In this document: positions 23,671 to 37,438 of the stretch, one piece after another | How positions within the stretch are numbered: position 1 is the first letter of the stretch | How the letters are laid out: every line of letters starts with the position of its first letter | Program-made: the position numbers and the translations under genes | Notes under the pieces: model-generated | What the model was told of the DNA's origin: nothing | Database searches by the model: none | Seen by the model: only the letters and a program-made list of their open reading frames with translations | Assembly (NCBI GenBank): GCA_964016885.1 | Contig: OZ024740.1 | Location: 257,734,001-257,798,000 of the forward strand | Length of the DNA: 64,000 nucleotides | Direction of reading: 5' to 3' | DNA from: Eledone cirrhosa | Taxonomy: Eukaryota

Positions 23671-24105
23671 CATATATATATATATATGTAAATATATATA
23701 TATGTATATATATATATATGTGTGTATATATATATATATGTATATGTATATGTATATATATATGTATATATATACATGTATATGTATATATATACATGTA
23801 TATATATATATATATACATGTATATGTATATATATATGTATATGTATATGTATATATATATATATATGTATATATGTATATGTATATATATATATATCCA
23901 TATATATTTATATAAATATATGTATATATATATATTTATATATATATATAGAGATATATATATGTATATATATATACATATATTTATATACATATACATA
24001 CACATATACATATATGTATATATTTATATACATATACATATATATATATGTTTACATTTACATATATGTATACATATACATATACATATATGCATATATA
24101 TATAT

Positions 24106-24321
24106 ATTAGAAAGTGAGGTTTTTTTTACCAAATGAAAAATAACCGATGTGTCCTACACGAGTGAAAGTATAAAGAAAAAAAGATGCAATCAAAAATGCA
24201 ACTGGAGTCTTATTTAAAAAAAATATATATATATTTATTTTGTTCTTTTACCGGTTTCGCAGTTATTGTGCTTTTCAAAAGTAGAGTTGAGATGGAAGGT
24301 CTGTGGTTTTTTTCACATCTG
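24106..24321 (-). mobile_element. PLE-type terminus, same family as 7914-8277, with a U3-A8 hammerhead at 24245-24281
   Basis: Reverse complement reads CTT-TTGAAAA-GCAC AATAA CTGC-GAAA-CCGG-TA-AAAG. Confidence 0.75.
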
Positions 24322-24499
24322 GTTGGTCTTTGAATGTTACTTGTTTTATATGGAAAAAAATGTATGTATGTATATATACGTATATATATATATTTGTCGA
24401 GACCAGGGAAGCTTCCCGCTCAGGGGAAGTTGCCTGACAGACAATGATATTAACTAGCCATAATAGCGTCAAGTATTATATAGCGGCCACCTCTGGCTC

Positions 24500-25792
24500 G
24501 TTCAAAACTAGATTTCGAAACATTTGTTGTAAAGACAGATGATTCTATCATGGCATTTGGGGGGAGGTAGGTGTAGCTGAACTTGCCGGTAGACCAAAGA
24601 GGGAGTGGGGGAAACCCAGTCAAGCGTTGAAAGTGAAATCTATACAGCAGATTCTAAGGATAGTGTATAGAAGGTCGAAAAGAGTGTACTGGAGAAGGGG
24701 AGTGGGGGTTGAAAGAATAGGTAAATCGAAAGGGAGTAAACAAAAAAAACATTATAAAAATAAGGAAATAAATATATAAAAAACAATTTCTGGTTAGTAC
24801 TCCATTTCCACAAACACCAAATCTCTCATTGGTATTGCTAAGCTATAGAAAAGTTTAATAGGTGGAGAAAAATACTAAATACGAGATTGTAGTGAGAGAA
24901 TTAGATAAAGCCGGCTTTACAGGGGGTCTAACACCACTGCTATAGTTAGTAGTAATCAGCCAATGCTATCTTTCAATGACAGGTTAATAAGTTGCGAACA
25001 AAAAATACTAAATTACTTACAAATACTTACAAATACTACTACAAAAATACTAATACGAAATATTAATTCAGAATACTAATACAGAAATACTAATACAAGA
25101 ATACTAATACAAAAATACCACTAAGAAATTTAGAAATGACAGAAATAGAGCAGCAACCAGAAAGAAAACAATTTACTGGGGTCTAACACATCTGCTATAA
25201 AAAGCGTAATCGCTCAATTCTATCTTAAAATTAGAGGGGTGGGGTACTGAGGCTACAGAGGACCGATGGGCTGCATCGGGGTTGGCGAAAAGGTGAAAAA
25301 AAGACAGGGAAGGAGATCTGGAGTGGAAGGACTAGGAAGAGATGGGGGGAAGAAGGACATATAGAGGAAAATAAAGAAAACAGCATTTGTAATGTTTCCT
25401 CCGAGCATAAGTTACACGGACGGCGTCCTCCCGTGTACGAGTTAGTTCTGGACAGTAAGCTCCAAGTGAGATTGTAGGTTATATTATTATCTTTGAGGTC
25501 CCAGATGTGGCCCGAAAGTGTAGTGGCATGACGCCGAGCCGGGTTTCGGAAAGTATGTAGATGTGGGTAGAGCCGGGTCTTGAAGTCACAGGCGGTTAAT
25601 CCTATATAAGCTTTGTTGGAGGTGTCCTTCTATACACTATCCTTAGAATCTGCTGTATAGATTTCACTTTCAACGCTTGACAGGGTTTCCCCCACTCCCT
25701 CCTTGTTCTAGCGGCAAGTTCAGCTACCCATACCTCCCCCCAAATGCCATGATATAATCATATGTCTTTACAACAAATCTTTGGACTAGAAC
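24500..25792 (-). mobile_element. PLE 3' fragment (GIY-YIG, 25380-25625) with a 170-bp inverted duplication (24500-24674 and 25626-25792)
   Basis: Reverse complement translates AYIGLTACDFKTRL..ATTLSGHIWDLKD..CNLCSEE. Confidence 0.8.
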
Positions 25793-26510
25793 TAAAAATA
25801 TTATTTGGTACTCACCCCCATTCTCATTAAGCGTTAAAACACCTGTAGCAAAACTATTCTTTAAAGCACTAGACAAATGATTTCCTAAAGCCCACAGATA
25901 CCACTCCATCTTTAACAGACATACTATAAAACTATCCTATTCTACTACTAGGAACATAGCACAAAATATAAATAGAATTAATAATAGAAACTTAAATTTA
26001 AACCCTAACCAAAATAACCATAATAGCAATAATAATATTTCTAGCAATATCCTACCTAATAGTACCGATCCGAGCAACAACAACTCCGTAAAATGTAACT
26101 GTAGAATCAAATCAAACTGCCCTTTACAAACAAGTGATTAGATAAAAACGTAGTCTATAAATGCACAGTTAAAACTAGTGATAATATATTTAACTATATC
26201 GGTGCCACTTCTACAAAATTTAAAGATCGTTGGAATAACCACAATCACTCTTTCAGAAGATCTGATAAGAAATCTTCTTCTAACTCTTTCACATCTTATA
26301 TGGAACTTAAAAAGCAAGAATATAGACTATTCAATATCTTGGAAAACGATTTCGAAAGGACCTGCGTACGGAGACATATCAAAATTTCTTAAATTGTGTA
26401 TTGAATAATTTTTTATATAATTAACTGTCAAAACTCTATTAATCTCAGAACAAAATTATTTAATTCTTGCAGACATCGCTAAAATTCTCCATTCAGAACT
26501 ATGTGTAACT
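25785..26510 (+). pseudogene. PLE linker and GIY-YIG endonuclease (Naiad-like), decayed
   Basis: KNIIWYSPPFS, SIFNRHTIKLSYS, CNC..NCPL, VVYKC..YIG. Homologous to 46680-47300. Confidence 0.85.
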
Positions 26511-26760
26511 TATAATATTCCTATAAATCTTCAAAATGATCCTATCTTTTTTTAACAATTTATATTTTTAATATATTAATATATCTCTAAATCATAATAT
26601 CTCTAATATTTGTAGTACTTTCACCTTCAGCAAACATTTCTTATAATATATATATATTTATTTATATATATATATGTGTATAGATATGTATATATATATA
26701 TATTTATGTATATCTACATAATTTTAATTTTAATTTTTTAAACCCGTGCGTCACATGTAC

Positions 26761-27523
26761 CCGCACACACGAACGTATACACCAAATACACATTAAAAAA
26801 TATATGTGTGTGTGTGTGTATACATATAATTATATAAACGTATATAAATATACACACATAAATACGTATATAACGCACGCCCACACATACCTACAGGTAA
26901 ATACACATATGTTCACCAAACGACGTCAACCAAAATACAATGTACACATATACACACTTTACATACGTGCAAACACGGATACACACAGGAACACAAAATA
27001 CCCATATACACATATACCAGTATATATAATATAATATATACACCTATAACAAATACAAGCCAATATATGTACGTGAAAGTATACGTACCTTCAGAAAACA
27101 TACGGGTAAGCTATACTTACCTATACAAATAAGTAATGGTATAAACATAACATATACTTAGCTACCACATCAAGACGTAAATTATCCGCGTATTGTTCGT
27201 ACTATCCGTTAGGGTATAATGTGGGGCTGTAATAGAGGAAAGTTTTATGCAATTTGTGTTGACAAGCCGAAATTTCCTCAGATCTTTTGTTTAAGATGTC
27301 TTCATTGGCGTAGACAATGTAACGTGTGTATATGTGTACATTATGTTTTGGTTGACGTACGTTTGGTGAACATATGTGTATTTACCTGTAGGTATGTGTG
27401 GGCGTGCGCTACATACGTATTTATCTATGTATATTTATATACGTTTATATAATTATATGTATACACACACATATATATATATATTTAATGTATATTTGGT
27501 TTATACGTTCGTATATGTGCGGG
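26761..27523. repeat. Inverted repeat of about 200 bp (26761-26964 and 27318-27523), family shared with 36250-37041
   Basis: CACATACCTACAGGTAAATACACATATGTTCACCAAACG and its reverse complement. Confidence 0.8.
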
Positions 27524-27578
27524 TTTATGTATGTGTGCGCGGGTTTATGTATGTGTGCGCGTGTTTATGTGTACGTGC

Positions 27579-27637
<59 letters not shown>

Positions 27638-27670
27638 AAAGAATAGAGGTGTAACACACGAGTTATGATA

Positions 27671-28049
27671 TATTGGTAAAAGGAAAAGAAAATGCTGACA
27701 AATTGTTCCCAGTGAAAAATACTTTAATTAGGAATAAGTAAAAATTAGTAATAGTATCGGTTAGTATTCTGTTTTGGTTTTAAGTTTAACCGGTTGCGCA
27801 TTTCTAAAGGTTTTCAAAAATAATTTTGAGAGAGAGCTCCCGTGATGTTTGCTCTAATCTGATTAGAGCAAACATCACGAGCGCACTATCTCGAAATTAT
27901 TTTTGAAAAGCATTAGAAATGTGCACCCGGTAAAACTTAAAACCAAAACTGAATACTAACCAATACTATTACTAATTTTTACTTATTCCTAATTAAACTA
28001 TATTTCACTGGGAACAATTTGTCAGCATTTTCTTTTCCTTTTACCAATA
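27671..28049. repeat. Fold-back palindrome of about 380 bp, centre about 27860, each arm holding a decayed U3-A8 hammerhead
   Basis: GCTCTAATC-T-GATTAGAGC at the centre. The arm consensus approximates TTGAAAA-GCATT AGA AATGC-G(c)AA-CCGG-TA-AAA. Confidence 0.85.
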
Positions 28050-28404
28050 AATATATATATATATATATATACATTTTAGTACAGCATAAAACGAAGCTTT
28101 AGAACACCGCCAAGCTAACGAATGCAGAATCGGTCTGTAGCTTAGCACTCGGATGGGAAAAAGAACCCCAGAGAAATAACAATACGTTCAGACAGCTTAG
28201 CAAATTAGATATAGCGGTCGGCAGTCCAGCCGCATCACTAAAGCAACGAAAATACAGGACCCAGTAAAAGATTTTCGACTGAACTGGACAAAGTGGTGAG
28301 GCTGAATGCAAAATATATAATGTAGATCGTATATCACACAATATACATCACATACAGCACCCAACATCAGCGCTAAGATATATATATATATATATATATA
28401 CATG

Positions 28405-28435
<31 letters not shown>

Positions 28436-28453
28436 TTGTGTGTACATATGTAT

Positions 28454-30560
28454 ATTAGGGCGGGGGGGGGGAGAACATTTATATTCTGATTCTACATATT
28501 TCTTAGTTTCCATTTTGGCGTGAGAAATAAATTAACAAATTCTAAAAATTATCTGATCACTCCTACCCCTCGCATAGCCTTCCTCTCCCCCTAATTCTGC
28601 GTTTTGAATACTGATTATTTAAGGAACTGTAAACTTGTTTTAATGCTATTAACCTTTTATTGGTTGATTATTACCTATATAACCTTTTATAAATTATATG
28701 CAACCCCCCACCTGAAAACAACAGTTATTGGAATCTATTTATTTATAGAGTTTGTATTAATTTTTTTTTAATGAAAAAAAGCCTACAGTAAGAAAAGTAG
28801 TATCAACGTATAAATAATGTAAATTCTAACATCAACAACAGCAGTAGCAACATCAACAATAGCACAACAACAGCAGTAGCAAGAAGATCAAAATTTGTAA
28901 AGTTCGGTAAAACTGGAGGAGATATTATCACTTCATTTTCCTAGTTAATCAAATCAACGTAATCCTGTAATTCAAAATTAATTTTGCTTGGTATTTTGAA
29001 ATTTCTTTATTCTTCACGGGGCATTCGGGGAAAAGTTCTTGCCTTAATAATTCGCTGAATTGCTACTTCCCTAATTTGTCTTCTTCCATCATTCAACATA
29101 GTCAGTAAAATATTCTCCGGGTGGGCAAAATACGAATTAGTTTTTAACGATTTCTCCAGAACTTCTTTGTGATCTTGGTTTATATCTTGCATTAGATGTG
29201 CCATATACCAAAAATTACTTGCGTCTTCGTGTAACTTTGGGTGTGATTTGATCCAGAACCAGCTTGGAGCATAAACATGCGTTATGATTTTAATAAAATC
29301 CATAATACTCTTTTGGGGATTTTTTTTCCGAGACATATAAGCAAAGAATTCTGTTTGCACGTGTTAACCAGCTTGCATGGTTGATTTTAGCAGGTGATCT
29401 TGCTGCTAACTGCTCAGAAACAAACCCTGTCTCAATACTGAGGCACATTTCATACAGATATTTGTGATCTGAGCTTAAAGTATCAACAACTTCTAATGGC
29501 AATTCCTTCACTTTAGTTTTTACAGGAGAAAATTTGATTATCTTTAAGTTTGTTACATCTTTAATTTTATTGCCAATCAAGCCTTTTGATGTTCGTGATC
29601 CCGTTGGCTTTTCATCTATGGATTCAAATACGTCTCGAAACGGTAGCTCATCTGTATGTAGCAGGCATATCAGCCACTGAAGTGGTTTATTTAAGTATAA
29701 TTCAATTATTTTAATTACCCCTCCTAAATGACCAGTGTTTACTGGAGTGCTATCACTAATATAGCCTTTAAACTTTCTTGACTATCAGAATAAATTTAAA
29801 AAGTAATAATTTCTTCTGCAATGCAACAAGCTGCTCCATTATCTGGGGAACGTGATCTAAATACTCATCATCGGCCTCTTTCACAATAATATAGTGCTCT
29901 TCACTTTCCATCCCTCTTGCTGGATTTATTTTTATCCTTTCTGCCATCAAAACAGATACAGTCGAGCTTTGTATTTTCTGTTTCATTTTTATGATATTGT
30001 TTTTTCCAACTCTTTTTCTTTCTCTCTAAACTTTTTTCTTATCTAACATATTTGTATCATTTAAAATTCTCATATCTCCCAAAGCTGCATTAGCAATGGC
30101 AGCAGCTCTGCAACTTACCCGATATCTGTCTGCTGCGATGGCTAGATTCTCATAAGTAAATCTGTTTTGTTGGTTTTCTCTCAGTTCATTGTCAGGAACA
30201 AAGTCGATGTCATCGTCATCATTGTCACATGAGTCACAACAATCTTCATTAATATTACTTGGCACTGATAACTAGTTGAAGCAACGTCCACGTCTAAGCG
30301 TATCTTTGCCTTCCTATTTTCAAATATGTACGCTCTTTCTGCAGTTCTTTTTCTTCCTAAAGTTATTTCCCTTTATATAGGCCCTAACTGATTAAATCTT
30401 TTTTCTGTCCAACAAATGATTCCCATTCCATTATTGGTATTCTTATGTCACATTTACAGTCAGATCTTTTTATTTGTTTGTCATACCACGTGCAGGATGC
30501 ATATATCAACATTTCATTGAACTCCTCTAATTTCTTATCAAAACTCTCTCCTCTTTGCAA
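28454..30560 (-). mobile_element. hAT-superfamily (hATm-like) DNA transposon, decayed transposase
   Basis: DSTPVNTG..GGVI, PLQWLICLLHTDELP (CxxH), SWLTRANRIL, YAPSWF and NSYFAHPENILL. Putative terminus TTAGGG at about 28454. The subfamily assignment is from memory. Confidence 0.7.
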
Positions 30561-31646
30561 GGGGGTGTACAGACCGAGTTGCCCCGAGTGTCGCTAGAAG
30601 GGTATCCATAGCCAGCCGGTGTCGTAACATCCCATGTGTTCTTAGCCATCCATGATAGGGAAGTTAGTGCTAAAATCGAGAAGTATCATAATTGAAGCTA
30701 CGGAGGAAACAATAAGATAAGAAAAGCTATACACAATCCCCAGCTGTCCCTAGGTTCTATGCGCCAGTCAGTCCAATAATCATATTGGGTGTAATCCACA
30801 TAGGCAAGGCACATACATTCAAACCAAACTATCACCATAATATGAAGACATTATCATATAGTATATAGCAAATGTATCCTAAGGAGTAGGTGGGACAATC
30901 AATCAGACATATATATATATAGTTAATGGTAAATATGCGAAGGATTATTTAATGGAAAGTATAATGTATCAGGGACATAGAAAGTAAAATAATTTAGGTA
31001 AAGGATGAGTGACATAATACATCGTAGTAGTCATGGGAGTGAAAGATAAACAATAAACATACAAATATAAAAATATAGGAATAAAAAATAACAAATAGGG
31101 TGTAACATAAACAAATAAACAAATAAACTAATAAACTACAGAGCTAAAACAAATAGTAAAACAAAAGTTAAGTTTGAGAGTATAGTTTGAAAAGAATAAG
31201 ATATGGATAGAGTTGACATCAGGTGAGATATAGTGCACAAAGTCCTACGGAGTTTTGATTGCTCCAGGTGTGGATAGGTGATAATTCAGGGCCTGGTCCG
31301 AGTTGTGAGGCAGGCTTGCTTTCGCCAGACAAAACCCTACTGGTATGTTATCAATCCCACGATAGTAAAGGTTCCGCATCAGTGAAAAGGCATCTGTTCT
31401 CCATAACATCATAAAGCGCTCAACTGGATAAGGAGCAATTATTCGTTTAAATTTGGTGGTTTACCACAGGGTAAAATTGGTCATTCTGCAGCGTAAACCA
31501 GGACGTAATATGAGAAAAGTACTCGACGTTATACAACTCATCCATCTTCAATGTTGAATCATGCAGGTGGTAGGGGAACGGAGAACAGGTTTGATAAAGT
31601 GGAATGACAGGAGGCCAAATATTTCTTTAATGTTTTATTACTGTAA

Positions 31647-31704
31647 ACACTATGCACGTTTCAGTGGACAGATTGCGTAAGAACCCGGTGACCTCATCAG
31701 GTGT
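31647..31704 (-). ncRNA. Degenerate hammerhead
   Basis: Reverse complement reads ACAC-CTGATGA-..-GAAA-CGTGCA-TA-GTGT. Stems II and III are imperfect. Confidence 0.45.
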
Positions 31705-31772
31705 AAATTGCGTAATAGATGTATACCAACGGAATGATGGTAAGTTTTAAAGAAAAAAGCAAAGAAAAGCAC

Positions 31773-31865
<93 letters not shown>

Positions 31866-32005
31866 ATGTGTGTGTGTGTGTGTGTGTATACATATATATA
31901 TACACAAACTTATATACAAATATACACATATATACACATACATGTATATACACACACGTACATGCACGTACATATAAACATGGTTGCACTTACATATAGA
32001 CAAAC

Positions 32006-32050
<45 letters not shown>

Positions 32051-32237
32051 TAAATCTACCAAAATGTACGGGAGTGTCCAATCCGTATGAAGAACTCAAT
32101 GTAATCCGAATATCATGAAAAGAGAAGATGTATTCAAAAAATTTTTTTTCAGATGAAAAATACAGGAAAACAGAGTCAAGATAAATGAATAAAAATAATG
32201 AATAAAAACAAAGAAACAGTTCCTTATATTAAAAAAT

Positions 32238-32375
32238 TCATCATTTTACGATCGTTTCTAGGATATATATGTTTGTGTTGGTATGTATATCATATAGAAC
32301 TATGTAAAATTTTTACAAACTATCAGAGGGAATATACATACCTACACATATATATGCTGTCTTCAGAAATAATGA
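32238..32375 (-). ncRNA. Hammerhead with long stem II, same family as 15669
   Basis: Reverse complement reads TCATTATTT-CTGAAGA-..-GAAA-CGATCG-TA-AAATGATGA. 9-bp stem I, GUA site. Confidence 0.65.
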
Positions 32376-33028
32376 TATTTATTTATTAAAAAAACCCAAC
32401 AAAGATTTAATATAATAGGTCTGTTTGGGAACAGGTTTTGAATTGACCAAGAGAAAGGTAGTGAGTTGTCAAGATCGTAGAATAGTAGTAATAGAACTTT
32501 AATAGGGGTAGAGGAAGGCAGATTTCAGTTTTGAATGGAAAGAGTATGATGAATGAAAAGAATATTTTAGGGATGAAAATAGGTCAAGTCGGTAAACGGT
32601 ACACGAAGAGTTGATGTTATAAAAGAATAATGCCAATGTAAATATCTAAGGAGATAACATTTTACGATAAATGTGTTAGTGAAAAGTATCAATCTTATTC
32701 AAAATATAGGGAATTAACATCTATAAAAAGAAAATAAATTAATTAAATTGATAGGTATATTTATATTGATAAATTTATATTAATTCATATAGATATGATA
32801 AATAAGAGTTAGATGTAATTGAAGAGTTAAAAACGAAGGGAAAATAAAAAAAAATAATAATAATAATTATTGGGGGGGGGGGGTAAATTTATTAGTGAGA
32901 AATAACAAATTTATATAGATTATAAGGAACATAGAATCATAACCTGAAATTAAAATAGTTTATATGTATACTTATTGGTATATACATATACTGGGCGATC
33001 ACGTCACCAACAAATACAAAACCGTCTC

Positions 33029-33189
<161 letters not shown>

Positions 33190-33301
33190 TTTATATATAT
33201 ATATAAATATTTGCTCTACGGTTCTTATATATTTGATATATATTTATCCTTATCGAGCCCTCTTTGGATTTTAGTCTTCAAATTTATTATTATTACTATA
33301 T

Positions 33302-33469
33302 AGGGCGGTGGATTGGCAGTATCGGTAGAGGGTCGGACGCCATGCTTTCCAGCATAGTTATGTCCCTTTACGATCTGAGTTCAAATCCCGCCGTGGTTGA
33401 CTTTGCCTTTCATCCTTACGGGGTCGATAAAATAAAGTACCTGGCCTTGTGCCTAAAGTAGAAACAATT
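33302..33469 (+). mobile_element. tRNA-derived SINE, near full length
   Basis: GGGCGGTGGATTGGCAGTATCGGTAGAG..GAGTTCAAATCCC..core..GTAGAAACAATT. Confidence 0.88.
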
Positions 33470-33471
33470 AC

Positions 33472-33502
<31 letters not shown>

Positions 33503-33889
33503 GTGTGTGTGTGTGCTTGGGTGTGTGTATTAATGTATGTGTGTGTGTGTTTCAGATATGTTCTTTTGAATAAATTCCTTTCATTTGAAATTTGGAATAT
33601 TAACGAATTTAAATGATAAGTAATAACAAAGAACCACAAATCGTAAAGATACGTTCATTCGTGCATTGGTATGTAAGAATAATCAGTTGAAAAATCATAT
33701 CAACAATTCGGTTGTGAAATACAAATGAGTAATTTTGGAATGAACTGAAAAAATAACACGTGGGGAATTTGATGCAGTATTTTTGTTGAATGACAATTCT
33801 GCAAGAAAGAGTGTGCCTAATTTTTTTTTTTTTTCGTTGTAGTGAGGAATTTTGGCTACTTGGGGTTCAATCTTCGTTTGTTGTACTGA

Positions 33890-34023
33890 AATATTCGTAA
33901 TGGATTTCGTTATAACGAGATTCTTTTATCGTTATTTCAATAAGCATGTGGCCGGACATTGAAAATAATTTCCTTATACTGAAAGATTCGTTATAATGGT
34001 ATTTGTTATAACGGAATTTTACA
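33890..34023. mobile_element. Possible Tigger/pogo-type MITE end
   Basis: Repeated (T)TCGTTATAA(C) subterminal motifs ending GTTATAACGGAATTTTAC. Confidence 0.35.
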
Positions 34024-34949
34024 CCAATGTTAGAGTTGTGACAACCGACATTGCCTGGCTACTCTTTTATATATATATTCACATCTCTTTGTCTCTCAAT
34101 TTACTTTGATACGGTTATAATTTTGTACAACACAGATTTCACTTTAATGACACGCCTCCTTTCTCAATATATAATGGTTACCCTGTATGAAAGAAAACTT
34201 TGTTAACTTTGATAAACTGATATGTCATAGTGTTGACGCAAAATATTTGAATTGGAGTTCTCCACAAAAAACCCAACATCGAATTAGCGATTTTAGATAT
34301 GCTCACCGACATATGAACGAAACACGTGTCAGTTACGTAATAAATGTTAATGCCTCAACTACAAAATTGGTTTGTTCATGTGATTTATTAATTTCTATAT
34401 AAATAATCCAGCAATTACCTTCATTGTAACAACGGTTGATCACCACGGAAATACTATAAGTGATTCATTTGTTGAGTCAAAAACCACTGCATGTTGACAT
34501 ATATTTCGATTTCAAATTCAACTAACGGAAACTTATTACTACTATAATAACCCCCCCCCCCCCCTCTCTCTATATATATATGTATACATAGTGTTAGAAA
34601 ATTAAGGGAACACAAACAAGAGATACACATTTTCACTTCATCAGTTGTCTACTACAGGTCACGGATGTTTCAGCGCATCATAGACAATACATCTATCCGT
34701 CGCATGCCCATAACGTATTATTAACAAGTTATGAGGAAAAAGAGGAAAAAGAGGCAATAGCAAAGAGAGAGAAAGAAAGAAATAAAGAAAGAAAAAAAGA
34801 GAGAAAATAAAGAAAAAAACATACCGATAAAAGTATCCCTTTAACTTTCTAACACTCGTTATCAGTAACCGCGCAGCCTCGTCCCTATCATTCCATATAT
34901 ATATATATATGATATTAATAAATGGAAATTATATTTATAAAACCATATT

Positions 34950-35010
34950 TATTCTATTATATATATTTCAAGGGTACCAAATCTTTGGTACGCCCTCATC
35001 AGATAAAATA
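34950..35010 (-). ncRNA. Type I hammerhead, family of the 45632-49023 PLE
   Basis: Reverse complement reads TATTTTAT-CTGATGA-GGG C GTACCAAA GA TTTGGTAC CCT T-GAAA-TATATA-TA-ATAGAATA. Confidence 0.75.
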
Positions 35011-35153
35011 CAAAGTTTCTTTTATAAATATCTGTGTTACAGATAGTGACATATTCAAAGCTATTACTCAATGTTTTGAGATCTGTTTGAATAATCAGTA
35101 AATTAAATAACTCACTGCTTATATATTTATATATCTATATCTATATATATATA

Positions 35154-35210
<57 letters not shown>

Positions 35211-35830
35211 CTAAATATATATATATATATATATATATGCACATACATGTATGTATTTTTATATATACATCCTCAAACTAAACACACACTACTTAAAACC
35301 ATATTCCAATAATAGAATTTCTTTTACAACCCTACTTTTACCATAGAATTTGTGTCTAGCTTAAATCCCCCCCCCCCTCTGCCATCCCCATCTGATCTCT
35401 TGACCAGTCAATTAACACAATCGAGATATACACACACATATTTACCGAATATTTCCTTTGCCCCCTTTGTTCTGTGGAGAAACACACCTACCACCGCTGC
35501 TGCTGCTACTTTATGACTACATCACCTCTATATACACAAGAGCTCATTCTCCTCTCTCCTTCTCAGCAAGAAAGATGGAAAAAAAATTTACCTCTTAATT
35601 TTAAACCTTATTAATTCTTTTTAATTGTAATACTTGATATTTGATAAGATGAATTTTAATAATACATCGAAACCAGTTATAATTTATATACATTATAAAA
35701 CTCTTTTTAAAAAGAATTGGCCCTCTCATTCATTCAATAATGTCAATTTGACAGATCAAAGAAAGGAAAAAAAAAGAAAATCAGACCCTAAAATATATTT
35801 TCCATGCTATTTCGTACTTCACCTTTTCTC

Positions 35831-35864
35831 TATAACCATTGTTTTGTATAGAACCTCACTTCCC

Positions 35865-35903
<39 letters not shown>

Positions 35904-36020
35904 ATACTTTGGGAGGGTCATGTTGCCAATAAGAAACACACGCACCCTCCCAAAGTATAATAATATCCTTTTCAACACACGTTTTCAGATAAAGAATCTT
36001 GCTAAACAAATTCAGAAGCG

Positions 36021-36075
<55 letters not shown>

Positions 36076-36078
36076 GTG

Positions 36079-36170
<92 letters not shown>

Positions 36171-36246
36171 TATATACATATATATATGTATATATATATA
36201 TATATTAGAAAAGGGAAGTGAGGTTCTATACAAAACAATGGTTATA
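35831..36246. repeat. Perfect inverted repeat of about 44 bp enclosing a miniature hairpin of the 16970/19413 PLE termini
   Basis: TATAACCATTGTTTTGTATAGAACCTCACTTCCCTTTTCTAATA and its reverse complement. Inner pair TTATACTTTGGGAGGGT / ACCCTCCCAAAGTATAA. Confidence 0.85.
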
Positions 36247-36337
36247 TATATATATATAAACGTTTGGTGAACATGCGTGTACTTACCTGTAGGTATGTGT
36301 GCGTTATATACGCATTAATGCGTATGTTTCTGGGCTT

Positions 36338-37335
36338 CGGAGTTAAGAATAATGTAAATAAATTAGTAGAACGAAAAAGACAGACATTATTAAAATCATA
36401 AAAGTAATGATAATAAAATATATATATACACACATCTATATACGTATATACACATGCATACGCAAAACACATGCCTTGCATGCATATACATGCACGTACA
36501 CATAAACACGCGCACACTTACGTAAACCGTCACGAGAGATATACCCGCACACATACGAACGTATACACCAAATACACATATAAATATGTGTGTGTGTTAG
36601 TGTGTGTATATATATACATATAATTATATATACATATATAAATATACACGTAAGAATGCGTATATACTTAGATATGTATATATAATTATATGTATATATA
36701 TATATGTATGTATATACACGCATGAATGCGTATATATTTATATATGTATATATAATTATATGTATATATATACACACACACACACACACACATATTTATA
36801 TGTGTATTTGGTGTATACGTTCGTATGTGTGCGGGTATATGTATCGTGCCGATTGATGTACGGGTGCGCGTGTTTATGTGTACGTGCATGTATATGCATG
36901 CAAGGCGTGTGTTTGCGTATGCATGTGTATATACGTATATAGATGTGTGTATGTATATATTTAATTATTATTACTTTTATGATTTTGATAATGTCTGTCT
37001 TTTTCGTTCTACTAATTTATTTACATTATTCTTAACTCCGAATCCCATAATCATTCGGATTCCTAAATAGAATATTAGTCAAATGACTCCATTTATACCA
37101 TAAACATAGTTTTGTCTTTGCGTGAAATTGTTCTCACCGCTCCACATAGCGACGTATTATCTTCGCTTTTTTCCATTCATTGCCAGGGAACGTCTTCATG
37201 AACCAAAGTATCGTCTTCCTGTTTTCCTTCAGTTGCAACGTTTTTCGAAATATTTACTTCTGCGTTCACAGATTCATTTTTATTTGTTTCAGAAGATCCC
37301 GTTAAGGGAGAAAGCAGCGATTCTTTGCTTAAACT
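36338..37335. repeat. Inverted duplication (36338-36600 and 36780-37041) of a dispersed repeat also found at 42695-42890, 50790-51145 and 56955-57300
   Basis: Shared AACGTTGCAAC.GAA.GAAAACAGGAAGACGATA...GTTCCCTGGCAATG motif. Confidence 0.8.
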
Positions 37336-37376
37336 TTAATTTGTTAGTTTAATAAATATTTGCTCTAGGGTTCTTA

Positions 37377-37438
<62 letters not shown>

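Noticed and set aside
33302-33395. tRNA gene
   Set aside because: A and B boxes are present, but I found no cloverleaf and the sequence continues into a multi-copy SINE body.
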